Part shown: positions 12,218 to 22,318 of the stretch, in pieces
Position numbering within the stretch: position 1 is the stretch's first letter
Layout: each line of letters begins with the position of its first letter
Source of the DNA: Escherichia coli
Lineage (GTDB): Bacteria; Pseudomonadota; Gammaproteobacteria; Enterobacterales; Enterobacteriaceae
Strand: one strand, 5' to 3'
Assembly: GCF_050920415.1 (NCBI RefSeq)
Contig: NZ_CP169309.1
DNA: 64,000 nt
The notes under the pieces: model-generated
Databases searched by the model: none
What the model saw: the letters and a program-made list of their open reading frames with translations, nothing else
What the model was told of the DNA's origin: nothing
Translations under genes and position numbers: made by a program

Positions 12218-12281
12218 ACATCGCATGGCGGTTGAAGACAACGGTTCAACCGCCAGTTTAAGCAATCAATATAATGGCTGG

Positions 12282-12743
12282 CTAGCGAACTAATTTTGCT
12301 CTTAGCTCGTCGGCTTCTTCTTTTGGATAGGTGACCAATAAAGGATCAATGGTATAACCACCGTAAATTTTATCCCCGCGCGTATACATCCAGTCTGAAA
12401 TATCTTCTTTCTTGATTTTCCACTCCTGGCCATATTCTACGTTTGTAACAATACCAGGGTCATTGCTTATTATACCAATAAACATGCCGTTAGAATAAGT
12501 GACATCCGTGAGCCAGAAATGCTCGGTTTCTCCGCGATCGGTTATCGGGGCTTTGACTGCGAAAGTATCAGCATCTTTTTTATTCATAACTTCGATGAAT
12601 TGATCGGTTTCTTTCCGCGCATGTTTAATCGCGTCAGACATCGCCTTTTTATCATAACCTCCTGTCACTAACGTATCCGAAATCTCACTAAAGCCCGCGG
12701 TAGTAAAAAATAGCAGACTCAACATAAGTAATATCTTTTTCAT
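12282..12743 (-). CDS. yegJ: Secreted small protein YegJ (DUF2314-like)
   Basis: 153 aa with N-terminal signal-peptide-like MKKILLMLSLLFFTTAGFS; divergent to yegI. Confidence 0.7.
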   Translation of the reverse strand: MKKILLMLSLLFFTTAGFSEISDTLVTGGYDKKAMSDAIKHARKETDQFIEVMNKKDADTFAVKAPITDRGETEHFWLTDVTYSNGMFIGIISNDPGIVTNVEYGQEWKIKKEDISDWMYTRGDKIYGGYTIDPLLVTYPKEEADELRAKLVR

Positions 12744-12943
12744 TTTTTCTCCAGAATCCCTGTGTAGTAAAAGTTAGCAAAAAACCTGTGGAAGTGAATC
12801 ATTATCAGGTTGGAATTGAATTGTATCCTGATGAAATTGCATTATCATTTTTATTCTTGAGTGGGACTCTTCCAATATAGAAATAATTATAATGGGCAGT
12901 GTTATTATTCATTGAAATATAATATGACTGCCCTTGAAACATT

Positions 12944-14890
12944 ATGAAGACAAATATAAAAGTATTTACATCGACAGGTGAATTGACCACTCTCGGGCGT
13001 GAACTGGGCAAAGGCGGCGAAGGCGCGGTTTATGATATCGAGGAGTTTGTCGATAGCGTTGCCAAGATTTATCACACACCTCCACCCGCCTTAAAACAGG
13101 ACAAACTTAGCTTTATGGCTGCGACAGCTGACGCGCAGTTGTTGAATTATGTCGCCTGGCCGCAGGCAACGCTTCATAGTGGACGAGGTGGGAAGGTTAT
13201 CGGTTTTATGATGCCAAAAGTTTCTGGTAAAGAACCGATTCATATGATCTATAGCCCGGCACATCGTCGTCAGAGTTACCCTCATTGCGCGTGGGATTTT
13301 CTCCTCTATGTTGCGCGCAATATTGCTTCATCTTTTGCTACGGTTCACGAGCACGGGCACGTCGTGGGTGACGTAAACCAGAACAGCTTTATGGTAGGCC
13401 GTGACAGCAAAGTGGTGTTGATTGATAGCGACTCCTTTCAGATTAACGCCACTGGAACGCTGCATTTATGCGAAGTCGGCGTGTCGCATTTTACGCCGCC
13501 AGAGCTGCAAACCTTGCCATCATTTGTCGGCTTTGAACGCACCGCGAATCACGATAATTTTGGCCTTGCGTTGCTGATTTTTCACGTATTGTTTGGTGGG
13601 CGGCATCCTTATTCTGGTGTGCCGCTTATCTCTGAGGCGGGTAATGCGCTGGAGACGGATATTGCCCATTTTCGTTATGCCTACGCGTCAGACAATCAGA
13701 GACGTGGCTTAAAACCGCCGCCACGATCGATTCCGCTATCGATGTTACCGGGTGATGTTGCAGCCATGTTTCAGCAGGCATTCACGGAAAGTGGCGTGGC
13801 AACCGGGCGTCCGACGGCAAAAGCGTGGGTTGCGGCACTTGATTTACTACGCCAACAATTAAAGAAATGTACCGTTTCAGCAATGCATGTTTACCCTTGT
13901 CATTTAACCGACTGCCCGTGGTGTGCGCTGGATAATCAAGGCGTTATCTATTTTATTGATCTCGGCGAAGAGGTCATTACCACCAGCGGTGATTTTGTGC
14001 TGGCGAAAGTCTGGGCGATGGTGATGGCGTCAGTAGCACCACCAGCATTGCAACTGCCATTACCCGATCATTTCCAACCAGCTGGCAGGCCGCTTCCTTT
14101 AGGCCTGTTACGGCGTGAATACATTATTCTGATTGAGATCACACTGTCAGCGTTATCGCTGTTGCTTTGCGGTCTTCAGGCAGAACCGCGTTATATTATT
14201 CTGGTGCCTGTGCTGGCGGCTATCTGGATTATTGGCAGTCTGACAAGCAAAGCTTACAAAGCAGAAGTCCAGCACCGTCGTGAGGTATTTAATCGTGCGA
14301 AAATGGACTATGACCATTTAGTCAGCCAGATCCAACAGTTGGGCGGGTTGGAAGGTTTTATCGCCAAACGGACGATGCTCGAAAAAATGAAGGACGAAAT
14401 TCTCGGTTTACCGGAAGAAGAAAAGCGCGCGGTGGCAGCACTTCACGACACCGCAAGGGAACGGCAGAAGCAGAAGTTTCTGGAGGGATTTTTTATTGAT
14501 GTTGCCTCTATTCCCGGCGTTGGCCCTGCGCGTAAAGCGGCGTTACGGTCTTTTGGTATTGAAACAGCAGCAGATGTTACCCGTCGTGGTGTTAAGCAAG
14601 TGAAAGGGTTTGGTGATCATCTGACACAGGCGGTTATCGACTGGAAAGCGAGTTGCGAACGCCGTTTTGTGTTCAGGCCGAATGAAGCGGTAACGCCAGC
14701 AGACAGACAAGCGGTAATGGCGAAAATGACCGCCAAACGACATCGGCTGGAATCGGCGCTGACTGTCGGCGCGACAGAGTTGCAGCGATTCCGCCTTCAT
14801 GCTCCTGCACGGACCATGCCGTTGATGGAACCATTACGTCAGGCAGCGGAGAAACTGGCTCAGGCGCAGGCTGATTTAAGCCGCTGCTGA
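12944..14890 (+). CDS. yegI: Eukaryotic-like Ser/Thr protein kinase-like membrane protein YegI
   Basis: 648 aa; Gly-rich loop GKGGEGAVY, VAKIY, catalytic-loop-like HGHVVGDVNQN, DSDSF; then CPWC, two hydrophobic helices, C-terminal HhH-like GVGPARKAALRSFGIETAADV. Confidence 0.85.
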   Translation: MKTNIKVFTSTGELTTLGRELGKGGEGAVYDIEEFVDSVAKIYHTPPPALKQDKLSFMAATADAQLLNYVAWPQATLHSGRGGKVIGFMMPKVSGKEPIHMIYSPAHRRQSYPHCAWDFLLYVARNIASSFATVHEHGHVVGDVNQNSFMVGRDSKVVLIDSDSFQINATGTLHLCEVGVSHFTPPELQTLPSFVGFERTANHDNFGLALLIFHVLFGGRHPYSGVPLISEAGNALETDIAHFRYAYASDNQRRGLKPPPRSIPLSMLPGDVAAMFQQAFTESGVATGRPTAKAWVAALDLLRQQLKKCTVSAMHVYPCHLTDCPWCALDNQGVIYFIDLGEEVITTSGDFVLAKVWAMVMASVAPPALQLPLPDHFQPAGRPLPLGLLRREYIILIEITLSALSLLLCGLQAEPRYIILVPVLAAIWIIGSLTSKAYKAEVQHRREVFNRAKMDYDHLVSQIQQLGGLEGFIAKRTMLEKMKDEILGLPEEEKRAVAALHDTARERQKQKFLEGFFIDVASIPGVGPARKAALRSFGIETAADVTRRGVKQVKGFGDHLTQAVIDWKASCERRFVFRPNEAVTPADRQAVMAKMTAKRHRLESALTVGATELQRFRLHAPARTMPLMEPLRQAAEKLAQAQADLSRC

Positions 14891-14902
14891 GCCATTTTTC
14901 AA

Positions 14903-16255
14903 TTAACGAAACACCACTTCTGCCCAACGTGCCAGCCCGGCGGTAACCGACCCAAAGTCATCGCCGCCTGCAATCGGAATGCCCGGCAACTGTTCTGCCA
15001 GCGCTTTTTTAATCAGCGGCGATCGGGCGCTACCACCAGTCAGATAGATGACATCCGGTTTTTCCTGGGCGTTATCCAGCGCCAGTTGCACCTGTTCCAG
15101 AATTCGCGCCAGCGGCTGACTGAGGGCGTTTTCCAGCCCTTGTTGGCTAATCAGTGTTGCCAGCTCATCGCTGATAAACGGCAGCGATGCGCGGGTTTCC
15201 GCTGCGCTGGAAAGGGCGATTTTGCTCTCTTCCGCGCTGCGTACCAGCCGATAACTTAAACGCTGACGCCAGACTTTCTGTAACAGGGCCACTTTCTCCG
15301 GTTCGCGGGCGTCGCGTACCAGATCGTTAAGCAGACGACCGTTAGCACTACTGTAGAAATCACTCTGCGCAGGTACATCGTTGATGGCAACTGCATTCCA
15401 CCACGGCAGGATCGGCAGGGCGATGCCTTTTTCAGTTTCGCCACCCATGCCCAGTAATGGCATCAGATTTTTAAACGCCAGTGCGATATCCAGATCGTTA
15501 CCGCCAATACGGCAACCACTGTGACCCAGCAGGCTGGCTTCACGATCGAGGCGCGAACGCCACTGTGGCCCCATTAGCAGTAAAGAACAGTCAGTCGTAC
15601 CACCGCCGATATCCACCACCAGTACGCGTTTTTCTTCCTGCAAGGTGGCTTCGTAATCCAGCCCAGCCGCCACCGGCTCGTACTGGAATACCACGTCCTT
15701 AAACCCGGCACGCTTCGCTGCACGCTCCAGAATCCCTTGTGCCTGGGCGTTTGCCTCATCGCCGCCCAGCCCCTGGAAGTTGATCGGGCGACCAATCACC
15801 GCCTGGGTAATCGCTTCTGGCAGCTGTGTCTGGGCCTGCTTGCGAATGTGCAACATCATTGCGCAGACCAGATCCTCAAACAGCGCCACCTGCTGCGGTT
15901 TTAAGCCGCTGGCACCGAGGAACGATTTTGGTGATTTAACAAACCACACTTCTTCCGGATCATCAATGTACTGCGCCAGTGAGGAAAGGCCGAACTGCAC
16001 GCTTTTCGCCGTGACATCGATATCTTCTTCGCGGTTATAACGAATCGCCCGACGTAATAGCGCCTGCGTTTCATTGTCGTCTGCCGGAACATCATGATGG
16101 CGGTACAGCCATTCGCTTACCGCTTCACGCGTTGGCGCGCAAAGCATTGAAGGCAGCAGCGTGCTGTCGTTTTCCATTTTCAGTAATTGCGGTTTACCGT
16201 CACGCATGACCGCCACTGAACAGTTTGCTGTACCGTAATCAAAACCAATAAACAC
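14903..16255 (-). CDS. yegD: Hsp70/actin-fold ATPase-like protein YegD
   Basis: ORF track frame is 471 aa; probable GTG start at complement(16253..16255) gives ~450 aa beginning (V/M)FIGFDYGTANCSVAV; motifs DYGTAN and DIGGGTTD. Confidence 0.8.
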   Translation of the reverse strand: MFIGFDYGTANCSVAVMRDGKPQLLKMENDSTLLPSMLCAPTREAVSEWLYRHHDVPADDNETQALLRRAIRYNREEDIDVTAKSVQFGLSSLAQYIDDPEEVWFVKSPKSFLGASGLKPQQVALFEDLVCAMMLHIRKQAQTQLPEAITQAVIGRPINFQGLGGDEANAQAQGILERAAKRAGFKDVVFQYEPVAAGLDYEATLQEEKRVLVVDIGGGTTDCSLLLMGPQWRSRLDREASLLGHSGCRIGGNDLDIALAFKNLMPLLGMGGETEKGIALPILPWWNAVAINDVPAQSDFYSSANGRLLNDLVRDAREPEKVALLQKVWRQRLSYRLVRSAEESKIALSSAAETRASLPFISDELATLISQQGLENALSQPLARILEQVQLALDNAQEKPDVIYLTGGSARSPLIKKALAEQLPGIPIAGGDDFGSVTAGLARWAEVVFR

Positions 16256-16388
16256 GAAATAATCCCCATGCCGGTGAAGAAGGGGCGTGACTTTAGCGAA
16301 ATGTTGCCGTCGCGACAACCGGAATATGAAAGCAAAGCGCAGCGTCTGAATAACGTTTATGCTGAAAGCGGATTAACAAGGAGATGCG

Positions 16389-17237
16389 ATGTATACCCTG
16401 AACTGGCAGCCGCCGTATGACTGGTCGTGGATGTTGGGTTTTCTCGCCGCCCGCGCGGTGAGCGGTGTGGAAACGGTCGCTGACGATTTTTATGCCCGTA
16501 GTCTGGCGGTGGGCGAATATCGCGGCGTGGTGACTGCTATTCCGGATATAGCCAGCCATACTCTGCACATAAATTTAAGTGCAGGTTTAGAACCTGTTGC
16601 CGCTGAGTGTCTGGCGAAAATGAGCCGCCTGTTTGATCTGCAATGTCACCCGCAGATTGTTAACGGTGCGTTGGGCAAGTTAGGCGCGGCGCGGCCCGGA
16701 TTGCGTTTACCTGGTTGTGTTGATGCTTTTGAGCAGGGCGTGCGGGCGATTTTAGGCCAACTGGTGAGCGTGGCGATGGCGGCAAAATTGACCGCCAGAG
16801 TGGCACAGCTTTATGGCGAACGGCTGGATGATTTTCCGGAGTATGTCTGCTTCCCCACGCCTCAGCGGCTGGCTGCAGCCGACCCGCAGGCATTAAAAGC
16901 GTTAGGTATGCCGTTGAAACGGGCAGAGGCGCTGATTCATCTGGCAAATGCGGCGCTGGAGGGCACCTTACCAATGATAATACCGGGCGACGTAGAACAA
17001 GCGATGAAAAAACTGCAAACTTTTCCGGGTATCGGGCGCTGGACGGCGAATTATTTCGCCTTGCGCGGCTGGCAGGCGAAAGATGTTTTCCTGCCGGATG
17101 ATTATCTGATTAAACAGCGATTTCCGGGAATGACACCGGCACAAATCCGCCGATATGCCGAGCGCTGGAAGCCTTGGCGTTCTTATGCGCTGTTGCATAT
17201 CTGGTATACGGAAGGCTGGCAACCAGACGAAGCATGA
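16389..17237 (+). CDS. alkA: 3-methyladenine DNA glycosylase II AlkA
   Basis: 282 aa; sequence matches AlkA as I recall it (MYTLNWQPPYDWSWMLGFLAARAV...). Confidence 0.9.
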   Translation: MYTLNWQPPYDWSWMLGFLAARAVSGVETVADDFYARSLAVGEYRGVVTAIPDIASHTLHINLSAGLEPVAAECLAKMSRLFDLQCHPQIVNGALGKLGAARPGLRLPGCVDAFEQGVRAILGQLVSVAMAAKLTARVAQLYGERLDDFPEYVCFPTPQRLAAADPQALKALGMPLKRAEALIHLANAALEGTLPMIIPGDVEQAMKKLQTFPGIGRWTANYFALRGWQAKDVFLPDDYLIKQRFPGMTPAQIRRYAERWKPWRSYALLHIWYTEGWQPDEA

Positions 17238-17244
17238 CGTTGGT

Positions 17245-17334
17245 CGCCGGATGCGGTGCGAGCGCCTTATCCGGCCTGGGGAATGAGCGATTTGTAGGCA
17301 TGATAAGACGCGTTAGCGTCGCATCAGGCAATGG
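17245..17334. repeat. REP/BIME palindromic elements between convergent alkA and dgcE
   Basis: gccggatgcggtgcgagcgccttatccggcc and aggcatgataagacgcgttagcgtcgcatcaggca are classic REP palindromes. Confidence 0.7.
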
Positions 17335-17346
17335 GCAAACGCTCCC

Positions 17347-20300
17347 TCAGTTAATCGCGAAATAACTGTTATTCACCAGCAAATCCAACGGTTGGGCATC
17401 GGCAATCACATCACCATAAATCAGATCAACGCCGATGCCAGAAAGCGTATCCATCACTAAGGGTAAAACAACTGGCCCGGCGATAGTCTTCACCCCGAGT
17501 CGCTGAGCGTGCCCCTGAATAATCGTAATCAGCATCTCATCCATCAAATTACCCTGCACGCTGGCGCATAGCTCACCGTCAAGTAGCAGGTAATCTGCCA
17601 TATTCGCTTTCAGCGTGTTGAAAATTTGCAGATCGCGACCCACCTGGCTGAGCACTATCCGACATCCCGCCAGCCGTAGTTTTTGCACGCTTTCTGCGTG
17701 ATCGAAAACCGCTTCTGCCGGAATAATCAGATGTAATAACCGTGGTGGTAGAGGGCTATTTTCCAGCTGCTCAATTAGTTCATTCACCAGCGAGGCGCTA
17801 CTCAAACCGGCAACAGAAAGGGGGAGGGCGATGCTTAAGCCTTTACTGGCAATCGCTTTTGCGGTCTGCTGGAAAAATTCATTGAGTACCCGGCGGTCAA
17901 GAGCATGGTTAAGCGCCGGATCACTGAAGCTACGACGAAATGTTTGTTCATCAAAAATCTCGCCTTCGCAACCCCAGAGTTTTAGTGATATCAACCACAA
18001 ATTACGCGCTTCCGGGATCCGTGGCGAAGCGACGCCGTGGGCGATCATCATCAACTGATTCTCTTTAATCATCCGCCACTGTTCATCAATCGACATCGCC
18101 GCCCGTTCGCTATGTGCGTCAGCATGCTGCGGTTCGTAAACTGTCACCCGGCCGCGGCCACCATTTTTGGAGGCATAACAGGCGATGTCAGCCTGCGACA
18201 TCACTTCAACCGCCTGATGATTGTTGTCATCAATCAAGGTAATCCCGGCACTGGCACCTACCCGATGTACACGTCCTTCCCATATAAAGTGATAGTCATT
18301 CACGGCACTGATAATGCGTGTAGCGATAAAACGCGCACTTTCGACATTACAATCTGGCAGCAGCAGACCAAATTCATCGCCACCGAGTCGCGCCAGCACG
18401 TCGCTGGAGCGCAGCATACTCAGCATCAATGACGCCAGTTCGCGCAACAAAGCGTCGCCAGCGGCGTGTCCGGCGCTGTCATTCACCGCTTTAAAGCGAT
18501 CAAGATCGATAAACACCAGTGCATGTCGCTGATGTGTACTGTTTACCGTTTGCAGCAGGATGCGTAGTTGCTTCTCAAAACTGGCGCGATTGGCGAGATG
18601 CGTCAGTGCATCATGGGAGGCGCTGTAGCTCAGCTGCCGTAACATTTTGCGTGATTCGGTGACGTCCTGAATCACCAGAACCGAACCAATATTGCTGCCA
18701 TCCAGAGTACTTAGCGGTGTAATACTGTAATGCACGTCGTAGCTGCCGCCGCTTCGACAGTGCAACACTACATCTTGTTCAATCGCGGAACGCGAGGTGT
18801 CGGCACTGTAAATGTTCTCCATTAATGGCCCGTTGTCGCCAAAAGTAATATGCAACACCGTCAGGAGCGGAACACCTAACGCTTCTTCCTGCGTCCAGCC
18901 GCTCATCTTCTCCGCCACTGGATTCATAAAGGTAATTTTCATCGCCATGTCAATACAGACCACGGCTTCGCCGATGGAGTCCAGCGTAATATGCAGGCGC
19001 TCTTTTTCCTGAAACAGTGCCTCGTTAAGCTGTTTCACTTCAGTCATATCCATATTGATGCCAAGCAGGCGTTCAACTTCGCCTTCTTTATTCAGTACCC
19101 GGTTGGCGAGGGCGCGGATATGGCGGATACCGTCTTTCACGGCAATGCGAAATTCCAGTTTAAAGGGAGAGCGCGATTGCAATGAATCGCGAATCACTTT
19201 TTCGGCGTGCTGGCGATCTTCCGGCAGCACGCATTCGTACCACACCTGCCAGTTCGGTTTGATATGCGGAGGAATTTCATACAGCTCGAACATCCGCTTA
19301 TCCCAGCTAAAAATATTCGGCTTTAGCTCCCACTCCCAGATGCCAATCCCGCCCGCTTCGTTAGCCAGCGTGATGCGCTCCATCAGTTGCTGGTTCACCT
19401 GTTCGGTGCGTTTTAGCTCGTTAATGTCTTCAATCTGAGCGATAAAATAGAGCGGCGTACCATCGGTGTGGCGCACCAGTGAGACGGCAAGCAACGCCCA
19501 GACAACATCGCCATTGCGGTTGTAGTAGCGTTTTTCCATTGAATAGGTGTTTATTTCACCGCTTATCAGCTTTTCAACCTGTTGCAGATCTTTATTGAGA
19601 TCCTCCGGCCAGGTCAGTTGCTGAAAGGTAAGTCCGCGCAGTTCTTCCTGACTGTAACCGAGAAACTGGCAGAGCGCTTTGTTGGATTGCAGCCATTGCC
19701 CCTCGGTGCCCACTAATGCCATGCCGATGGCGGAATATTCCATCGCGTTCCGAAAGCGGGTTTCGCTTTCGGAAATGTGTTTGCGTTCCGCACGAAAGGC
19801 ATACATCACCATCGTCATGATGTTGGCGGGCAGCAGGATCAGCAAAAACGGTAGCCACGGCATATGGCTCATCAGGTATGTACGCGGCGTAGCAAGCAGG
19901 GAGGGATCAGCGGCCATCATCAGTGACACCATCATCACCGTGGTAAGGAAGATCAAAAAGGCTTCCATTCGTGGCAGGCGCACGGCGCTCCACATCAACA
20001 GCACAATAATGAAAGTAAAAGGCCACGGCAGATACAGCATCGAAAGCCAGCTTAACGTCAGTGTGATGGCTAACGTGAGCAGCGACTCAAAAAGCAACCT
20101 TGGGTTGCGATGGCGCAGCAGATAGTGTGGTTTAAATAACAATCCCAGCGGCACCAGTGCCAGGGCGCCGATGGATTCTGACAGTACCCATATCAAAAAT
20201 GCCCTGAGAGGATCGTCTCCGGGCGTCAGCAGGATAACCAGAATACCCCCTAACAGAGGTGGAACAATGGCGCTGCCGAGTGCCAGACGCAGCCAGTCAG

Positions 20301-20664
20301 CCAGATTTTGCAAGGGGTTATACCACGGCAGCAATTTACGCAGTAGCACTGCCCCGACCACGGCTTCAACAATATTGATGGTCGTCCAGGTCATGTTCAG
20401 CGAGCTGGTGGAAAAAAGCAGGATGGATGCGGCGATATTTCCCAGCGAGCAGCTCAGCGCTATTCCCGGCCACATGCGCCCGGCATGGCGATAAAACGCC
20501 ACCATCATGATGGACGTCGGGAACCACAGTGGGGCGAGTTGGGTGCCAAACTGCGAAAGCTCAAGCGAGAAAAGGGTGAAGATAAACGAGACTAAACCTA
20601 AACTGACCAGGTGAAGCAGCGGGTGGGGCAGGGCAATTAATACATGCTGTGATTGTTTGCTCAT
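17347..20664 (-). CDS. dgcE: Multi-domain diguanylate cyclase DgcE (YegE): membrane MASE-like N-terminus, PAS domains, GGDEF, degenerate EAL-like C-terminus
   Basis: 1105 aa; intact RLGGDEFGLLL motif; N-terminal hydrophobic region; conserved position next to alkA. Confidence 0.88.
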   Translation of the reverse strand: MSKQSQHVLIALPHPLLHLVSLGLVSFIFTLFSLELSQFGTQLAPLWFPTSIMMVAFYRHAGRMWPGIALSCSLGNIAASILLFSTSSLNMTWTTINIVEAVVGAVLLRKLLPWYNPLQNLADWLRLALGSAIVPPLLGGILVILLTPGDDPLRAFLIWVLSESIGALALVPLGLLFKPHYLLRHRNPRLLFESLLTLAITLTLSWLSMLYLPWPFTFIIVLLMWSAVRLPRMEAFLIFLTTVMMVSLMMAADPSLLATPRTYLMSHMPWLPFLLILLPANIMTMVMYAFRAERKHISESETRFRNAMEYSAIGMALVGTEGQWLQSNKALCQFLGYSQEELRGLTFQQLTWPEDLNKDLQQVEKLISGEINTYSMEKRYYNRNGDVVWALLAVSLVRHTDGTPLYFIAQIEDINELKRTEQVNQQLMERITLANEAGGIGIWEWELKPNIFSWDKRMFELYEIPPHIKPNWQVWYECVLPEDRQHAEKVIRDSLQSRSPFKLEFRIAVKDGIRHIRALANRVLNKEGEVERLLGINMDMTEVKQLNEALFQEKERLHITLDSIGEAVVCIDMAMKITFMNPVAEKMSGWTQEEALGVPLLTVLHITFGDNGPLMENIYSADTSRSAIEQDVVLHCRSGGSYDVHYSITPLSTLDGSNIGSVLVIQDVTESRKMLRQLSYSASHDALTHLANRASFEKQLRILLQTVNSTHQRHALVFIDLDRFKAVNDSAGHAAGDALLRELASLMLSMLRSSDVLARLGGDEFGLLLPDCNVESARFIATRIISAVNDYHFIWEGRVHRVGASAGITLIDDNNHQAVEVMSQADIACYASKNGGRGRVTVYEPQHADAHSERAAMSIDEQWRMIKENQLMMIAHGVASPRIPEARNLWLISLKLWGCEGEIFDEQTFRRSFSDPALNHALDRRVLNEFFQQTAKAIASKGLSIALPLSVAGLSSASLVNELIEQLENSPLPPRLLHLIIPAEAVFDHAESVQKLRLAGCRIVLSQVGRDLQIFNTLKANMADYLLLDGELCASVQGNLMDEMLITIIQGHAQRLGVKTIAGPVVLPLVMDTLSGIGVDLIYGDVIADAQPLDLLVNNSYFAIN

Positions 20665-20982
20665 TACCGCTTTATCCGCAAGACCAGGTCGCCAGTATTC
20701 GTTTCTGTGTTTATGCTAGTACAAAAGTTTTACATTTTATATGCGAATTGCTCATAAAGTGACGTAAAGGCGGATAATTTGCGCAACGACGTATAACATT
20801 TTTTACCTTGCATTAAAACTGAACAACGTAATTTGCCACCGGGAATTCTTCGTCAACAATTAACTCTGAGCGCGCGGCAGCGCTATTCGACTGGTATCAG
20901 GCGGATGAAATCCCTATAATTGCCGCGTTTGGCGCTTCGTCGCCCCCTTCCTAACATCCAGGTTAATCAGGTCGCTAAATAT

Positions 20983-21624
20983 ATGACTGATCAGTCTCAT
21001 CAGTGCGTCATTATCGGTATCGCTGGCGCATCGGCTTCCGGCAAGAGTCTTATTGCCAGTACCCTTTATCGTGAATTACGTGAGCAAGTCGGTGATGAAC
21101 ACATCGGCGTAATTCCCGAAGACTGCTATTACAAAGATCAAAGCCATCTGTCGATGGAAGAACGCGTTAAGACCAACTACGACCATCCCAGCGCGATGGA
21201 TCACAGCCTGCTGCTTGAGCATTTACAAGCATTGAAACGCGGCTCGGCAATTGACCTGCCGGTTTACAGCTATGTTGAACATACGCGTATGAAAGAAACG
21301 GTAAAGGTTGAGCCGAAGAAGGTCATCATTCTCGAAGGCATTTTGCTGCTGACGGATGCGCGTTTGCGTGATGAACTTAACTTCTCAATTTTCGTTGATA
21401 CCCCGCTGGATATCTGCCTGATGCGCCGCATCAAGCGTGATGTTAACGAGCGTGGGCGTTCAATGGATTCCGTGATGGCGCAATATCAAAAAACTGTGCG
21501 CCCGATGTTCCTGCAATTCATTGAGCCATCTAAACAATATGCGGACATTATCGTGCCGCGCGGCGGGAAAAACCGCATCGCCATCGATATATTGAAAGCG
21601 AAAATAAGTCAGTTCTTTGAATAA
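20983..21624 (+). CDS. udk: Uridine/cytidine kinase
   Basis: ORF track frame starts at 20920; the likely start is ATG at 20983 giving [23 protein letters not shown] (P-loop), 213 aa. Confidence 0.9.
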   Translation: MTDQSHQCVIIGIAGASASGKSLIASTLYRELREQVGDEHIGVIPEDCYYKDQSHLSMEERVKTNYDHPSAMDHSLLLEHLQALKRGSAIDLPVYSYVEHTRMKETVKVEPKKVIILEGILLLTDARLRDELNFSIFVDTPLDICLMRRIKRDVNERGRSMDSVMAQYQKTVRPMFLQFIEPSKQYADIIVPRGGKNRIAIDILKAKISQFFE

Positions 21625-21715
21625 GCTTGATAAATTGTGTACCGTTCAGTGATAACCTGGTATGCCCTTGACGTAATTGGCGTTAAGGGAGTGATGCGCG
21701 AAAGGAGAAAATGCC

Positions 21716-22297
21716 ATGCGTCTGTGTGACCGAGATATTGAAGCCTGGCTTGATGAAGGCCGTTTGTCGATCAACCCACGTCCGCCAGTGGAGCGTATTA
21801 ATGGCGCGACGGTGGATGTGCGCCTGGGCAATAAATTTCGTACCTTCCGTGGTCACACGGCAGCGTTTATCGATCTGAGCGGTCCCAAAGATGAAGTGAG
21901 CGCCGCGCTTGACCGCGTGATGAGCGATGAGATCGTACTCGATGAAAGCGAGGCGTTTTATCTTCACCCAGGAGAGCTGGCGCTGGCGGTGACGCTGGAG
22001 TCGGTGACGCTGCCAGCCGATCTGGTGGGATGGCTGGACGGTCGTTCCTCACTGGCGCGTCTGGGGCTTATGGTGCACGTCACCGCGCACCGTATCGATC
22101 CGGGCTGGTCTGGCTGCATTGTGCTGGAGTTCTACAACTCCGGTAAGCTGCCGCTGGCGTTGCGTCCGGGCATGTTAATTGGTGCGCTGAGCTTTGAGCC
22201 GCTTTCCGGCCCGGCGGCGCGACCTTACAACCGCCGTGAAGATGCGAAATATCGCAACCAGCAGGGCGCGGTAGCCAGCCGAATCGATAAAGACTAA
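21716..22297 (+). CDS. dcd: dCTP deaminase
   Basis: 193 aa, [23 protein letters not shown]...; conserved position downstream of udk. Confidence 0.9.
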   Translation: MRLCDRDIEAWLDEGRLSINPRPPVERINGATVDVRLGNKFRTFRGHTAAFIDLSGPKDEVSAALDRVMSDEIVLDESEAFYLHPGELALAVTLESVTLPADLVGWLDGRSSLARLGLMVHVTAHRIDPGWSGCIVLEFYNSGKLPLALRPGMLIGALSFEPLSGPAARPYNRREDAKYRNQQGAVASRIDKD

Positions 22298-22318
22298 TTC
22301 AGGCCCATTGAGGATACC

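Noticed and set aside
12805-13011. 68-aa minus-strand ORF in the yegJ-yegI divergent promoter region.
   Set aside because: AT-rich promoter DNA, overlaps the yegI start, no ribosome-binding site.
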